Counted from the stretch's first letter, positions 1 to 13,240 are shown. The stretch: 64,000 bases of DNA from Octopus vulgaris (GCA_951406725.2 OX597815.1:151652001-151716000); one strand, 5' to 3'. Numbers and translations: made by a program. Notes: generated from the sequence alone by a model not told the origin.

Positions 1-76
1 ATATATGTAAATAAAAGTATTTTATACATTTACGTGTTTTTGAAATTTAGGTGTATTTTCAACAACACATTTTCCT

Positions 77-146
<70 letters not shown>

Positions 147-426
147 CAAATAAGAAAATTGCGAAACACATTAGTTGGTCTATCAGCTTTAGGATATTAG
201 AATGTTGTCTTATTTAATTAACAAAACTACAACCATAATAACATACATATTTACAGTATAAAATAAAAAAAAACTAAACATTAATATAAATTGTTACATA
301 TAAACATTAATATAAATTGTAATTTTCTGTGCCTATACTTTTCAATTATATTGATGATGTAGGTAGTTAAAAATGGGGTATTTGTATATGTCCATAGGCC
401 ACATCAGAGATTATAACGTACCTTAA

Positions 427-492
<66 letters not shown>

Positions 493-503
<11 letters not shown>

Positions 504-1189
504 AGCTTAGAGAAGAAGAAGAGACGAAACGAAACCAAACGAATCGAATCGAATCGACGCGAAGGCGCTCAGTCATACAATAGTGTAATAAATAAAATAT
601 ATGCATACATACAAACATATATGTACGTACCTACATCTACATGTATATATACATGCATATATAAATATATATACGTGTGTACAGGACACCATAAATAGAC
701 GCAGAACTCAACGAGAAACGAAAACGTAAAAACAGCATGGAACAGACCATTTTTTTAACAACGAAAAAACAGAGTACAAGACAACTACACAAGGAAAAAT
801 CCCCTTCATCAGCTGTCCCTAGTTCAACTCCAGCGTGTTTCGAAGGATGGACAGAACACGTCTCGCTGAACTAGTCCTTCCTGCGAAAGAATTAAAATAA
901 AATTCCTTTGCAGAGGGGTAAAAACAAGGAAAAAAAATGTGACAAAAATGTGACAAAAAAAGGACGTAAAAACAATACAATTAAAAACAAATACAAAATA
1001 AGATACAATTACAAAAAATACAGTACAATAAGGAATAGAAACAGGACAGGAAAACAAATAAAGAGGGCCTATAAGCCTAGACGAGGAAAAAATAAAAAAA
1101 ATTTCACGAGCGCAGGAAGAAACATGTTTACTTGAACAAGGCAGCCGTCGAAAAGAAGTTCGTAGATCAGGCTGTGAGAGATATGAGGA

Positions 1190-1232
<43 letters not shown>

Positions 1233-1444
1233 GGAAGAAAGAAAAAGAGGGTGAAAGAAAGAGAGAAGAAGGAGTTATAGAGGTTCGCGTCATAATTATA
1301 TATAAAAACCAGCTTAGAGAAGAAGAAGAGACGAAACGAAACGAAACGAATCGAATCGAATAGACGCGAAGGCGCTCAGTCATACAATAGTGTAATAAAT
1401 AAAATATATGCATACATACAAACATATATGTACGTACCTACATC

Positions 1445-1450
<6 letters not shown>
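493..1450 (-). mobile_element. Non-autonomous Penelope-type (pLTR-like) repeat with partial tandem duplication, carrying a permuted hammerhead
   Basis: ~150 bp direct repeat at ~493-640 and ~1298-1450 (aaccagcttagagaagaagaagagacg...tacctacatctacat); the body resembles 38520-38981; flanked by (TA)n. Confidence 0.6.
799..874 (-). ncRNA. Non-circularly permuted hammerhead ribozyme-like motif, copy A
   Basis: Minus strand reads ctagttca-gcgaga-cgtgt-t-ctgtcc-atccttc-GAAA-cacg-ctggagt-tgaactag-ggacag-CTGATGA-agggg; helices cgtgt/acacg, ctgtcc/ggacag and ctagttca/tgaactag. Confidence 0.65.
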
Positions 1451-1504
<54 letters not shown>

Positions 1505-1547
1505 ACTTTATAATCTCCGACGAGGCCTATGGATATATATAAGTACC

Positions 1548-1595
<48 letters not shown>

Positions 1596-1828
1596 TATGT
1601 AGATATATATGTATGTATGTATATATAAAAAAATAAAACCTAAAAAACGAAGAACAAACACAAGAAAAAACAACAACACGAGGACGTGGTACACGCAAAA
1701 TATTAGCAGATGCTCGTAAATATATATGTATATGTAGGGAGAGTTTACGAAAAAAAAACAAAAGACGGAGACAGGTGGTGTACAAAACAAACAGATGTAT
1801 TAGTATAACGCTCAGGAGTAGAAAAAGT

Positions 1829-1864
1829 CTTTTACGTTTCGAGCCTACGCTCTTCTACAGAAAG
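1829..1864 (-). ncRNA. Minimal type I hammerhead-like motif (variant core CUGUAGA)
   Basis: Minus strand cttt-CTGTAGA-a-gagc-gtag-gctc-GAAA-cgta-aaag; the surrounding repeat (~1620-1900) resembles 46916-47040. Confidence 0.55.
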
Positions 1865-1936
1865 GGACACAGAAAAAATGTGTGTAGTGGCTAACGATCT
1901 ATCATATATGCATACATACATACATACATACATGCA

Positions 1937-2027
<91 letters not shown>

Positions 2028-2049
2028 TTATATGTATATATATATTTTC

Positions 2050-2362
2050 TTTTATTCTTTTACTTGCTTCAGTCATTTGACTGTGGCCAAGCTGGAGCAT
2101 CGCCTTTAATCGAGCAAATCGACCCCCAGGACTTATTCAGGAAAGAATAAGTCCAGTACTTATTCTATCAGTCTCTTTTGCCGAACCACTAAGTTACGGG
2201 GACGTAAACACTCCAGCATAGGTTGTCAAGCGATTTTGGGGGTAAGACAAACACAGACACACAAATATATACACACACATACACATATACATATATACAT
2301 ATATACGACAAGCTTCTTTCAGTTTCCGTCTAACAAATCCACTCACAAAGCTTTGGTCGGGA
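2050..2362 (-). mobile_element. tRNA-derived SINE family A, 3' part, truncated at the Penelope junction
   Basis: Matches the reverse complement of the intact copy at 28619-29012. Confidence 0.85.
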
Positions 2363-5280
2363 AATACACGATAATATCTCTCACTTTTGCAGAAAATTAC
2401 GCCTCACAGAGGAAGATTTGACAAAGAAATCAATAACGATAAATCAATAGTTCGTAAGAAAAGCAGTTATAATCCCATAAAAGGTAGAAACAAAACTGTG
2501 GACAAATGTTGCGACTACATTTCAAACTTCCCTTATAGTGAATTCTCTCAACCTAAACCCAAACCCAACACCAGTAAAAGGGAATGGGAAATCATCCATA
2601 CGTTACGAGACAATCATGACATCACAATAAAGGAAGCAGATAAGGGTAGTACTGTCGTTATTATGAATACAGAACAATATAAAAACTCTGTATCTCACCT
2701 TTTACAAGATACTACCTACTATAAAAGAGTAGTCAACTACCAACAATCTAAAACATTGACCAAATTGAAGGCACTCATTTACCAACATCGGAATGACTTA
2801 ACAGCAAAGGAATGCGACTACATAAACTTTAATTGCAAAACCAGCACGCTCTATGGGCTTCCAAAAATCCACAAGAGCAAAATTATTACCGAAGCTTACA
2901 AAAAATCCACTTCAACCTGCATCATTGTACCACAGGCCCAACTGTGAAACACACAGATTAAGCAACTTTATCGATATCATCCTAAAACCAATACTGAAAC
3001 ACATACCAAGTATTGACCTGGACCTATTAAATCATCTCCCCAAACATACCAATAAAGACATTTTAATCGTCTCCTTTGATATAATAAACCTTTACACTAC
3101 GATCCCACATGAATATGGACTGGAAGCCATTAAATTCTGGTTAGATAAATATCCCAATGAGGTTCGGAAAGAATAAAAAAAGAATTCATCATCGAGAGCC
3201 AAAAATTTATTCTCCAAAACAACTTCATGAATTTTAATAATAACACCTACAGACAGGTATCAGGAACTGCAATGAGTACTAAAGTTGCCCCTACCTATGC
3301 AAACCTGGTGATGGCCTACCTGGAAACACATGTTTATGAAAAATCCAAATACAAGTACGGCCTGTCTTTCCACAAATATCTGTTGGAGAATTGGAAACGC
3401 TACTTAGCTGATTGCCTCATCCTATGGTCCCACACACTCGACCAACTTATTGACTTCAAAACCCTTATCAACAGTGTCAACAACCACATCCAATTTACAA
3501 TGGAATATAGTCAAGACCAACTCTCTTTCCTTGACATTCTCATTATTAAAAAAGGCACCAACATTGAAACTGACATCCACTACAAACCCACTGATCCAAA
3601 CAATACCTTCTGTTCACCTTCAATCACCCAAAGTACACAAAGACAACTATTCCCTTCAACCTAGCGAGAAAAATTTGCACAATTGTCTCCAATTATAGAA
3701 CACGAAACAAAAGACTCCGAGAACTAAAGGTAATTCTTCTCGAAAGACATTACCCAACATCACTAGTTGACAATGGAATAGAACGGGCCAAATCAATTAC
3801 CAACCAAAACACACCCACAGTAGGGTAAATAGCCTCCCCTACCGCTCAACACACAATCCAAGAAATGCAGAAGCTTACACAATTATATACAACAAAAAAA
3901 TTACTGGCAACCCATAAAATAATAAAAAGCAAAAGACAACCCAAATCCCTAAAAAACCTACTCACCAATGCAAAATTACCCACCACAAACCCACCGCCCA
4001 CCGTCAAAAAAATATGGTCGTTCCAACTGCAGAACTTGCATCCACCTCATTGAAGGATCAGTGTACAAATTCCAGTCGGGACTCACTTTTGTCATAAAAA
4101 ATAATTCCACCTGCGCATCAAAGAATTTACTCTATGTCATAAGGTGTGAAGGGTGCCACGAAGACTACATAGGGCAAACGAGCCTTACCCTCAGAGAAAG
4201 GATGACAGTTCACCGCCAACAACTGAGGGATTCCACCACAAGACAGATACCACTTAGTGGGCATTTAGACCTCTGTGCACACAATAAGTCCCCCAAATTC
4301 TTAGTTTTCCCACTATACCAATGCCCGGACAACACCACTGACCAAACACGAATAAATAGGGAAAATAATCTTATTCAAAAATACAGACCACAACTTAACA
4401 TACTCTAACATAGCCCCCAGGCACACATCCAAAACAAACATACACAAAAACACATACAGATATACAAAATCACACACACACACAAACAATGCCAACCTCC
4501 AACGCAAGCACACATGCACAAACACAATATCCTTACACTAGAGCAAAAACCCACACACATCCCAAGAAAAAACACATACATATATACACTTGTAATATAA
4601 TTTTAGCAACCATAACCAACACTTTCACACACATATACACATATGTGAACACGGACATGCATATACCTACACGCACCTACACACACCATCCCGAAATAAC
4701 AAATCACATACACAGATACACAAACAAACACGCAACTACAACACAATTCACACAGACACACACGTATTTATGCACACCTGTACACACACACACAATACGC
4801 CCGTACCCCAGTAATAAAATCACTCACATTCACACACATTCAAAAGAAAAACACACATACACTCACATTACAATCACAACAACCACAACAAACATTCACA
4901 AACATACATACACACAAGCATGCACACGCACAATGACACGCACCTCTCCGACAAATACAAGACACAGACATACCCACACAAACACACCTACACGTATACA
5001 CACACATTGCACTAACAATACAAACAAGACAAATCATTCACAAATGGAACACACACATGTGCACACACACACACACAAACGCATACTCAATACCAACATA
5101 CACAAAACGCATATACACACACATACACACATGCGAACAGACACATACACACACTAGCACACACAACCCCCTAACAAATATTAACCACACACATACACAC
5201 ACACAAACGTGCACACATATGCACACACCATCCTACCAAATATTAAACACACACATACACATTTACATGCACCACATGTG
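2363..5280 (+). mobile_element. Penelope-like retroelement, 5'-truncated and decayed, with a CA-rich 3' region
   Basis: Frameshifted RT plus GIY-YIG ORF followed by ~870 bp of low-complexity CA-rich sequence; the 3' boundary is approximate. Confidence 0.85.
2387..4408 (+). pseudogene. Penelope-like reverse transcriptase / GIY-YIG endonuclease ORF (frameshifted)
   Basis: Motifs IKEADKGSTVVIM, LYGLPKIHK, SFDIINLYTTIPH, YRQVSGTAM, WKRYLADC (decayed RYxDD), LSFLDI, Cys linker GRSNCRTC, and LLYVIRC..C..DYIGQT..RERMTVH...LN. Confidence 0.92.
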
Positions 5281-6349
5281 ATTAAACAACATTAGATTCC
5301 ATAATGAAATACGTTAAGCAATCCAAATATTAAAAATACGTTAGGTAACTCACAAGGTCATGCGAAATAATTGCCAAGGGTAATAGAGGAATAATATCTG
5401 TAATTATATTTGAATTTTTAAAAGTAGAATCACGAATCTACAAATATTGAAAAAAACATTTTAAATACTTGTTTACTTTTTAGAGTGGTTGTTATGTATT
5501 TTTTGGACTGTTCACAATGTCAGATAGGTTGCATGTGTAGAGAATGACCAAACAAAAGTTTGATTGACATTTCAAATATTTTACTAACTTGTGTCGTGAT
5601 ATTTACAAATCGATAAATTATTAGAGCAATGTTCAACGAACATTACGGTCAGGAATATTCACTACATAACTTGCTGGATAGTGTAATGAAGGTAGTGTAA
5701 AGAATTTAACTCACTACATATAATTAATGTATTACTCAATATTTTAAGTTAAAGTGGGTGCCTTTTGTCGAGTATAACATATATTACATAAGAAAAGTAA
5801 AAGAGGGGGAGGAAGAACAACTTGTTGAGACAAGCAATATAGTTCCCCAAGACGTCTGAATGGTTTTCTGGCCTGAGGTTGAATAGGTAAGAAAAGTGAT
5901 AGGGTGTCATAAAAGGGAAACGCAACATGACCCATATAAGCCTGCGACAGCTCTGCCTAAAGTTGAATTCGCTCACCTTTTATTACTTTTGGTGCAAATG
6001 TTCTACAATCTTCAGTCAGACTGTTTTGCAGGAAAACTTGCACACTTTATTGTATAGTCGAGCTATATTCACGTAGGCGCTAATATCTTTTATGGCGACA
6101 CTTTGCCTTCAGCTCATGGTTCTCCTTAGCGAAAATCTGAGCGCTATAGTTCAAATCTCAGCCGGAGGTCTCGCTACAGATTACTTAAATGCATTAAATT
6201 ATAATTTTATTAAAATTTTATTTACATATTTACTTCGTAGTTGTTAAATAAAAATTTTAAAACATTACTTAAACTGATGTCTTCAAGCATTGATTTGAAA
6301 TGGGTAGACTGCTTTTATATATCTTTCCCTTCAAGCAAGTTAGGGCGTA

Positions 6350-7330
6350 TCAGTAGTTTTGTTGTTTTAGCAATGAGGCAGGACCCTAAAAATGAAGTTC
6401 CTCATTGTATGATTTATCGGCGGGCATTAGTTGTGAAGTGGTGGAAACCAGAACTGGAGGATTTCATATCAACATTATCAATGCTGTCAAAGAGTATGCA
6501 TTAAACAGATGGTTGTCTGTGATTTGCACGATGATGAGAGTTGTTTTTAAACACATAAGTGAGGTGGCTTACACGTGAAAATGTTCTCAATAGACTTAGG
6601 GTGCTCAGGATTGAACTTGAAATCTTTCTATTGGAGTTACTAATAAATGTAGTAACTCCATCTGACTGGCATGTTCCTCATATCTTTGGGCACATCAGTA
6701 TATTGAAAAAGAAATTACACAAGAAAAACCTCAATGTCATTTTAGTAAGAAAAGGGTTTTCAGCATTTGGATCAAAGTTTCTGTACTGGAACCAGACGGT
6801 GGATCAAAACACGATAACTACCTTTTCCCGAAATTGGCAGATATCTTGAAAGATTGTGAAAATATCACAATTGGTGATATCAAAGAGTTAGTCCCAAATT
6901 ATCATATCATCTTATCATACTCTAAGCGTAGATCTTTGATTACTTTCAAGAGCTTGATTCACATTCTGTCAGTTGGGTTTTTAATCTTTTTAACTGTAAA
7001 ATTGATGATGTACTTGAAAAACCTGAAGAATTGGCAGAAGTACTTCTTGAACCAACTGTAAAGCATTTATAGAATTTAAGAACGGAGAAGATTTTTCATA
7101 ATTTTTGATGTCAAAAGCTACAAACGTTTTCAAAACTAACTTCACACGTGGAAGTGACAAAAATACAGCAACCATTTGCAGCGGACTATTTTTGAAGAAA
7201 AAGGAGTTTACTCTTGTGAATCTGAAAATAAAGTAGAGATATTGGTTTCATCCTGAAGACAGCATCCAAATTACTCTAACATTAAAAGTCCTAAATGTTG
7301 ATGTTATATAACAACATTATGTTATGAAGC
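6350..7330 (+). mobile_element. Highly decayed hAT (Buster/Charlie-like) transposase relic
   Basis: Fragments HCMIYRRAL (CxxH region) and VRWLTRENVLNRL..ELEIFL (RW motif); many stops and frameshifts. Confidence 0.65.
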
Positions 7331-7859
7331 AACATCATTTCTCCAAGCAAATTCTTCAATTGTTGAGCTTTTTGATTTAATTTTCTTTATAACAGCATGT
7401 TTGGTTTTTCTTTAAATATTCAGAATAATTTCTTGCGAAATTGACAATTTATAATAATTCCTAGCTGAGCAATTTTAGTTCTACATAACGATCTTTAATT
7501 ATTTTAAAAACAAAATACAGAAAAATTTACTGAATTCTGAAGGCAACAGCGAAACTGATTATTAAAATGTTCTAATTTTGATGTTATCAAATATAGAACG
7601 CCAGTCTCTTTATTTTCACAAGTTTAAGGGAAGTAATTTAAACGAAATTATTCAAGACTTTAATCATTTTCATAAATTATCTATGGGTGCTATTTTTATG
7701 TCACCTTGTTTTCTATTTCTTGATATTAATTTATTCATGTATTAAGGTGTGAGCAGGTGGCCAGTAACTGAGATAATAATTCCTAGATAAATTTTTTGCA
7801 GGATTAGAAATTTTAGTTTTAAATCGAAGACCAAGGAAGAAGACACATAGGATTCTCAG

Positions 7860-8230
7860 AGAAGATCCAGTATAGTCAAGCTAATTCTAACAATAATAGG
7901 CCACGTAGAACTAGAAGTAGGAAAGTTTTGTGGTTTAACCCCGCATTTAAGATTGCCGTAAAAACTAATATAGGTAGGGAATTCTTAAAATTGGTTTCTA
8001 AAATTTTCAGTCTAGCCATAACATTTATAGAATTTTTAATTGGAGAACAATAAAGGTCAGGGTTTTCTTGTTGCAAAAACTTCGCCTCTTTTATTAATCA
8101 GCATAACACGAAAATTATTACAAGCAACCACAGTGCCGAATCTAATCTGAGGAATTGCAACTTCAAAGATAAGAATTGCTGTCCGTTTGAAGGTAAATGT
8201 CTTGAAAAAGAAATTATTTAATTTTCTTCT
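7860..8230 (+). mobile_element. Penelope-like element fragment (linker before the GIY-YIG domain), second lineage
   Basis: Translates to RSRKVLWFNPAFKIAVKTNIGREFLKLV, INQHNTKLL and NCNFKDKNCCPFEGKCLEKEII, typical of the PLE thumb/Cys linker. Confidence 0.7.
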
Positions 8231-8583
8231 ACTGTAAATATTTTTATAGCACACGAAGCTAATTGAAGGACACTTGATATGGTTATGTACACCTGAAATT
8301 TCTAGTAAATCCATCTTACGTGAATAGATTTCTGAGTAAAGCTTTAAAAAAAAAAAAAAATCCTGTTGGCGTAGGAGCTCGTGCGCATCAACCTCACAAT
8401 TCTAAAAAGTTCTGCAACCCTTTTCGGCGCTGCCCCTTCGCCCCAAATCCAATTACTTAAACACACTTGCGTGCGCACACTTTCGCTACCTCACGCGCAC
8501 GCACAAACACATACACACACGCATACACATACGCGCGCGCACACATGCACGCACACAGATAACGGGTTGCGGAGACATACATA

Positions 8584-8962
8584 CACTTGCGTCAGAAATT
8601 AATTAGCACTTCTCAAATTTCTACATTAAATAGGTTAAATCAATTAACCTATGAGCTGTTCAAAACGTCTTACGCGATGAGAAAACTTAGTATGGTGTGA
8701 TTTCGGTCCTTGCGAGGCGCTACCTATATCTATTAAACAAAGGAAGATTTGTCTGCACCGCACTCCAAGTTGTTGTTGCACTGCTATGTCAACATCATAA
8801 GGCTGTAGACTCTCAAACTGCTCTGCAAACAAAGTTACGTCATCGTTCTGCGCAACAGTGAACTCGCAACAAAGCAATAGTTCGAGATATGGCCACTAGG
8901 TGACAGCACATACCTTGAGTGAAGAGCAAATCAAGGGTGCTAATTAATTTCTGACGGTAGTG
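8584..8962. mobile_element. Tc1/mariner-type MITE
   Basis: TIRs cacttgcgtcagaaattaattagcac / gtgctaattaatttctgacggtagtg, flanked by TA on both sides. Confidence 0.8.
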
Positions 8963-9242
8963 TATATATATGTCATACATACATAATACCATTTATATAT
9001 ATATATGTGTGTGTATGAATGTGTGTATGTATGTATTGTATTTGTATACGTATACGTATACACATATGTATGGATGTATGTGTATGCATGCGTATATGTG
9101 TACACGCATGTGTGTATTATAAGAACTAGTTTAGTGAATAATTATAGATTAGAACAAAAAAATCCGTTGTTATAGGATAGTTGCAGCAATAATTATCTAT
9201 TTATAGGCGCAGGAGTGGCTGTATGGTAAGTAGCTCGTTTAC

Positions 9243-11311
9243 TTCAGTGCAGAAAGGATGCGTTTTTTTTTCTCGCGGTGGAAGTCACGTCGGTGTGTGT
9301 CAGCGGCATGAAATACTGAAGCACGACTACTAAGTAAGACGTCTGAATTTTTGGGACCTTGTGGGGTTCTGTTGCTCGTATTATTCATTTTTTATCGAAC
9401 AAGAGGTCTCCACTGGGTTCCATGCATTTGTCTGACAGTGGTCGTGCTTAAGGTCTCTCTTGGTGGTGAGGGGTTTGTTTTGGGAGGCGTGTCCCTCCGA
9501 AAATCTTGTTATTTCTGACTATTTCGGCCAGGAGGATTACCATTTGGCCTGGAGTACCAGGACAGACAGAAAAATTGCTGTGTTTTGTGTTTAAAGTCTC
9601 ACTTAGCTGTGTGAAACCAAAATTGGGATATTTTTGTGCTGCGACAGCAAACCTACATCCGTGTGGACTACCTAAGTGGTGGAATTATGTTGTCATTGGA
9701 CTATCTTCCTTCGTTCTTTCTTCTTTGCTCTATCTTTCCGTTCTTTTTTTTTTCAGTTGCTTATTGGCTTTTCATTTGAAACGTTTTTGAACTTTTACTT
9801 CGAACAATTTTTAGATTGGCGGTATTTTGTCATCATGCAACTAAAAACACTGTATTGAAGTGACAAATTGTGGCCCCCAATCAGTGGTTGAAAAATTTTA
9901 ATGCGAGAACGGTGGTGTTGAAGACGTATTCTAGGTCCCTCGACACCATCGCTGTGTTCTCGCACACAGAAATAGAAAAGGAGTTGGCAGAATACCTGCC
10001 AACTATTAGATTTATTGCAAGGGGTATCAAATACGCAACGGTGAGATCCCTGTTTGATACCCCTGCAGAGGCTCAAGAATTTGCGAGCCAACCGTTAGAG
10101 GGAAAGAAAATTCTGTTCTCCCCACATATGAAGGCAGAAAATTGACAAGAGCTTGGGTGTGTGGGCTGCTACCCGGAATAGAGCCTGAATGGATAAAAGA
10201 CACTATCCGTCGGGGTCTGGATGGCAGCCAGAACAGGCTCTTGAATGTTATTTTCTGCCTGCGGCTGATTGGGTGGGGCCGAAAGCAATTTTGACCCTAT
10301 GGACCCAATCAGCCGATGATCTGGTTTTGCCAGATTTTTTAACAATGGCCGGTTCCAGGTACCCGGTGATCCTTGAAGGACGCCACCCATGTGTCACCTG
10401 TGCCTGGAATTGGGCCACATAAAGAAAAGCTGCCGCCGGGACCAAGAAAAAGTCCTGGAGCAGTTAATAGAAGAAGAGCCCCTGTTCCCCCATTGGAGGG
10501 AGAGAGGGAGGAAGACGAGGGGTGGCAACCTCCTCGAAAAAGAAAGGGAAAAGAAAGAAGGTTGCCCACCTATAGATCCTGAGGCGGCTGGACGGAAGGA
10601 AGGACTTCCGGACATGAAGGAGGAACTGCACCCTCCCGCCGTAAAGGAGAAGAGAAAAAGGAGAAAGAAAAAGAATGGGACATCGCCGGCAGTTGATGGT
10701 GAACTGTCGGCATGCCCAGAAACTTTGTCAGTGGGGAGTGTGCCACTGACAGAGGAAACTGAGGCCCCTCCCAGAATGAGGAAAGATGAATTTGTTATCT
10801 TCTTCCAGAAGGGAGGAGCAATACAGAGCTTCGTAGAGAAGCTGGATGACTGGACAGAGGACGAGGATTGGCCTTCGCAGGTGACTACGAAGGTCATATC
10901 GGATGTCGCTATGTTGAGGGTGATGGGCGCCTTCTCGAAGGACATGTTCAGATTTACGTTCTGGGGCCCCGACCTGGATCTGGAACAGTGCCTAAGGGTA
11001 GCGTTCAGCCTGGTGGGGGAGGAAGGAACTTAACTGACTCAACTATGTGTTTTAAATTGTAAAAACTGTGGTAAGAGGTTTATTGCCTCAACTATGTGTT
11101 TTAAATTGTAAAATCTATTGTAAGAGGTTTAATACCTCATTTTGTATTTTTCTGAAGAACAATGTTTTAGAGAAGCAAAAGTCGGCGGGCGCTTTTTGTC
11201 TTCTCCCATCCTTATCATCTTCGTTTCATTATTATTCACTTCATTAATGTTCTTGTCCAGCCCGCAAAGCTACACTCTATGTACTGCCTTTATGGCAAAT
11301 ATAATGGAATA
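9243..11311 (+). mobile_element. ORF1-only non-LTR retroelement (L1/Tx1-ORF1-like, HAL1-like), copy 1
   Basis: ~15 bp TSD (aagtagctcgtttac / atgtagcttgcttac); ~600 bp 5' UTR, one decayed ORF, and a 3' end homologous to 59775-59849. Confidence 0.75.
9870..11033 (+). pseudogene. Gag/ORF1-like nucleic-acid-binding protein (RRM-like region, CCHC zinc knuckle, basic patch), frameshifted
   Basis: ORFs 9870-10145, 10189-10422 and 10389-11033 join to give ...RYPVILEGR.PCHLCLELGHIKKSC...KEKRKRRKKKNG; homologous to 58330-59542. Confidence 0.8.
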
Positions 11312-12394
11312 ATGTAGCTTGCTTACCAACCACATGGTTCTGGGTTCAGTCCCACTGCGTGGTACCTTCGGCAAGAGTCTTCTACTATAGCCTCGGGCCG
11401 ACTAAAGCCTTGTGAGGGGATCTTGTAGACGGAAACTGAAAGAAACCCGTCGTATATATCTATATATATATGTGTGTATCTGTGTTTGTCGCCCCCCCCC
11501 CCCCCAAATCACTTGACAACCAATGCTGGTGTATTTACGTTCCCGTAACTTGGCGGTTCCGCAAAAAAGACCGATAGACTAAGTACTAGGCTTACAAAGA
11601 ATAATTCCTGGGGTCGATTTGCTCGACTAAAGGCGATGCTCCAGCATGGCCGCAGTCAATTGACTGAAACAAGTAAAAAGAGTAAAAAGAAAGAGTATTG
11701 ATTGAATAACCCACTCCCTCTAGAATAAAACAAATTGGATCCAAAAACAAATGGAACTAGTTTATTTTGTCAAGCCTATAGAATGTTAGAAACTGTTTTG
11801 GAGTGGATTCTTCCCTAAGATGAGGAACAAAAACTCTGACCAAAAACTTTTAGCAATCTGAAAAGTCAAGAAGTCTTCAAAACTAACATGCTATTAAGGA
11901 AAAGACTGTCTGACTGGGGACAAAGAGATAGCTGTAACACGTTTCTGTCTTAACAGGCGTCATCAGCACAGCAATTCCTGCTTTTTCCAGCAGACGGGAT
12001 AACTTGGCTTTTTTTTTAAAGGAGTTGAAAACATTTAAGGTTAAAATAATTTGAATAATTAGAGGAAAACAAGCTAAGCGAAATAATTCAGAATTGTTTG
12101 TGACATGTGTTTGAACAACAAAGACAGACACGGGAATATCAAATACCATGCAACATATGTTCTTGACTTATTGAGACTATATCCATTTCTAGAGAGGATA
12201 AGCTAAGTAACTGGTGGTAATTAGTACCAATTCTCAATAAGAGAAGATAATGTCAAAAATCAAGAATTCATCAAGATTCTTCTAAAATTGATGTGCCATT
12301 TAATTACCGTTTTGTTTAATGACTTTTCATTTTACAACTGGAAACTCTCACTCGGTTAGAAAATGGGTTCTCTCTTTCTCTCTCTCTCTCTCTG

Positions 12395-12477
<83 letters not shown>

Positions 12478-12626
12478 GTATATCTGTATATCTGTCTGCC
12501 TGTATATCTGTCCGTATATCTGTCTGCCTGTCTAATACGCACACGTACACACAGACAGTCACACAGACAGACAGATACACCCCACACACTTATATTCATG
12601 CTTATATAATTCTATTTATATACTTT

Positions 12627-12667
<41 letters not shown>

Positions 12668-12790
12668 GTATATGGGATATATGTATATATATATATAGTA
12701 AGGAAAAATTTTTTTAAAAATGCAGAATGCTCAAATGAAAGAAAATTTTAATAAAATAAGAAATTGATAAAATATATAAATATATATTTT

Positions 12791-12831
12791 TATTCAACCG
12801 GTTTTCGTCATTGTATGACTTGTCAAGAATA
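12791..12831 (-). ncRNA. Degenerate type I hammerhead-like motif
   Basis: Minus strand tattc-ttgacaa-gtcat-aca-atgac-GAAA-accggtt-gaata; the stems are intact but the CUGANGA box is decayed. Confidence 0.35.
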
Positions 12832-12846
12832 TTTATGCTTTAAAAG

Positions 12847-12885
<39 letters not shown>

Positions 12886-12944
12886 GAATGTACATTTATA
12901 CATACATACATACATACATACAAATATACATACACACATAATAG

Positions 12945-13240
12945 TGAAAGGTATGGCTTGGTGGTTAAGGTGTTGTACTCATGATTGCGAGATCGTGGGT
13001 TCGATTCCCAGATCGGGCATTGCGTTGTGTTCTTGAGCAAAGCACTTCATTTCGTGTTACTCTGCGATCACTTCGACATCCAACATGTGGCACCCGTTGC
13101 ACTTGGACGGGTAATGTCGATCTGATGGGGGTAGTGAGCTTATGTCTACACAAACATTTGATCACTATAGACAAATCATCTATGTGGTTGTATAATAAGA
13201 AATTGTCGAACCCTCATACGCCGTCTAACGACGGGAGAGT
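12945..13240 (+). mobile_element. tRNA-derived SINE (family D)
   Basis: A box tggcttggtgg, B box ggttcgattcc, then ttgtgttcttgagcaaagcactt. Confidence 0.7.

Larger units (their letters stand above)
9206..11697 (+). mobile_element. SINE family A interrupted in its tRNA head by a ~2.07 kb insertion
   Basis: Head ggcgcaggagtggctgtatggtaagtagctcgtttac (9206-9242); the SINE resumes at ~11312 (atgtagcttgcttaccaaccacatgg...) and runs to gaaacaagtaaaaagag. Confidence 0.9.

Noticed and set aside
2387-4408. Selenocysteine recoding as in some Penelope-like elements
   Set aside because: I saw no in-frame TGA at conserved Cys positions and no SECIS; the breaks are ordinary frameshifts.
10394-10945. 183 aa antisense ORF (and 58875-59219)
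   Set aside because: It is a shadow of the purine-rich sense ORF1; the conserved motifs are on the plus strand.
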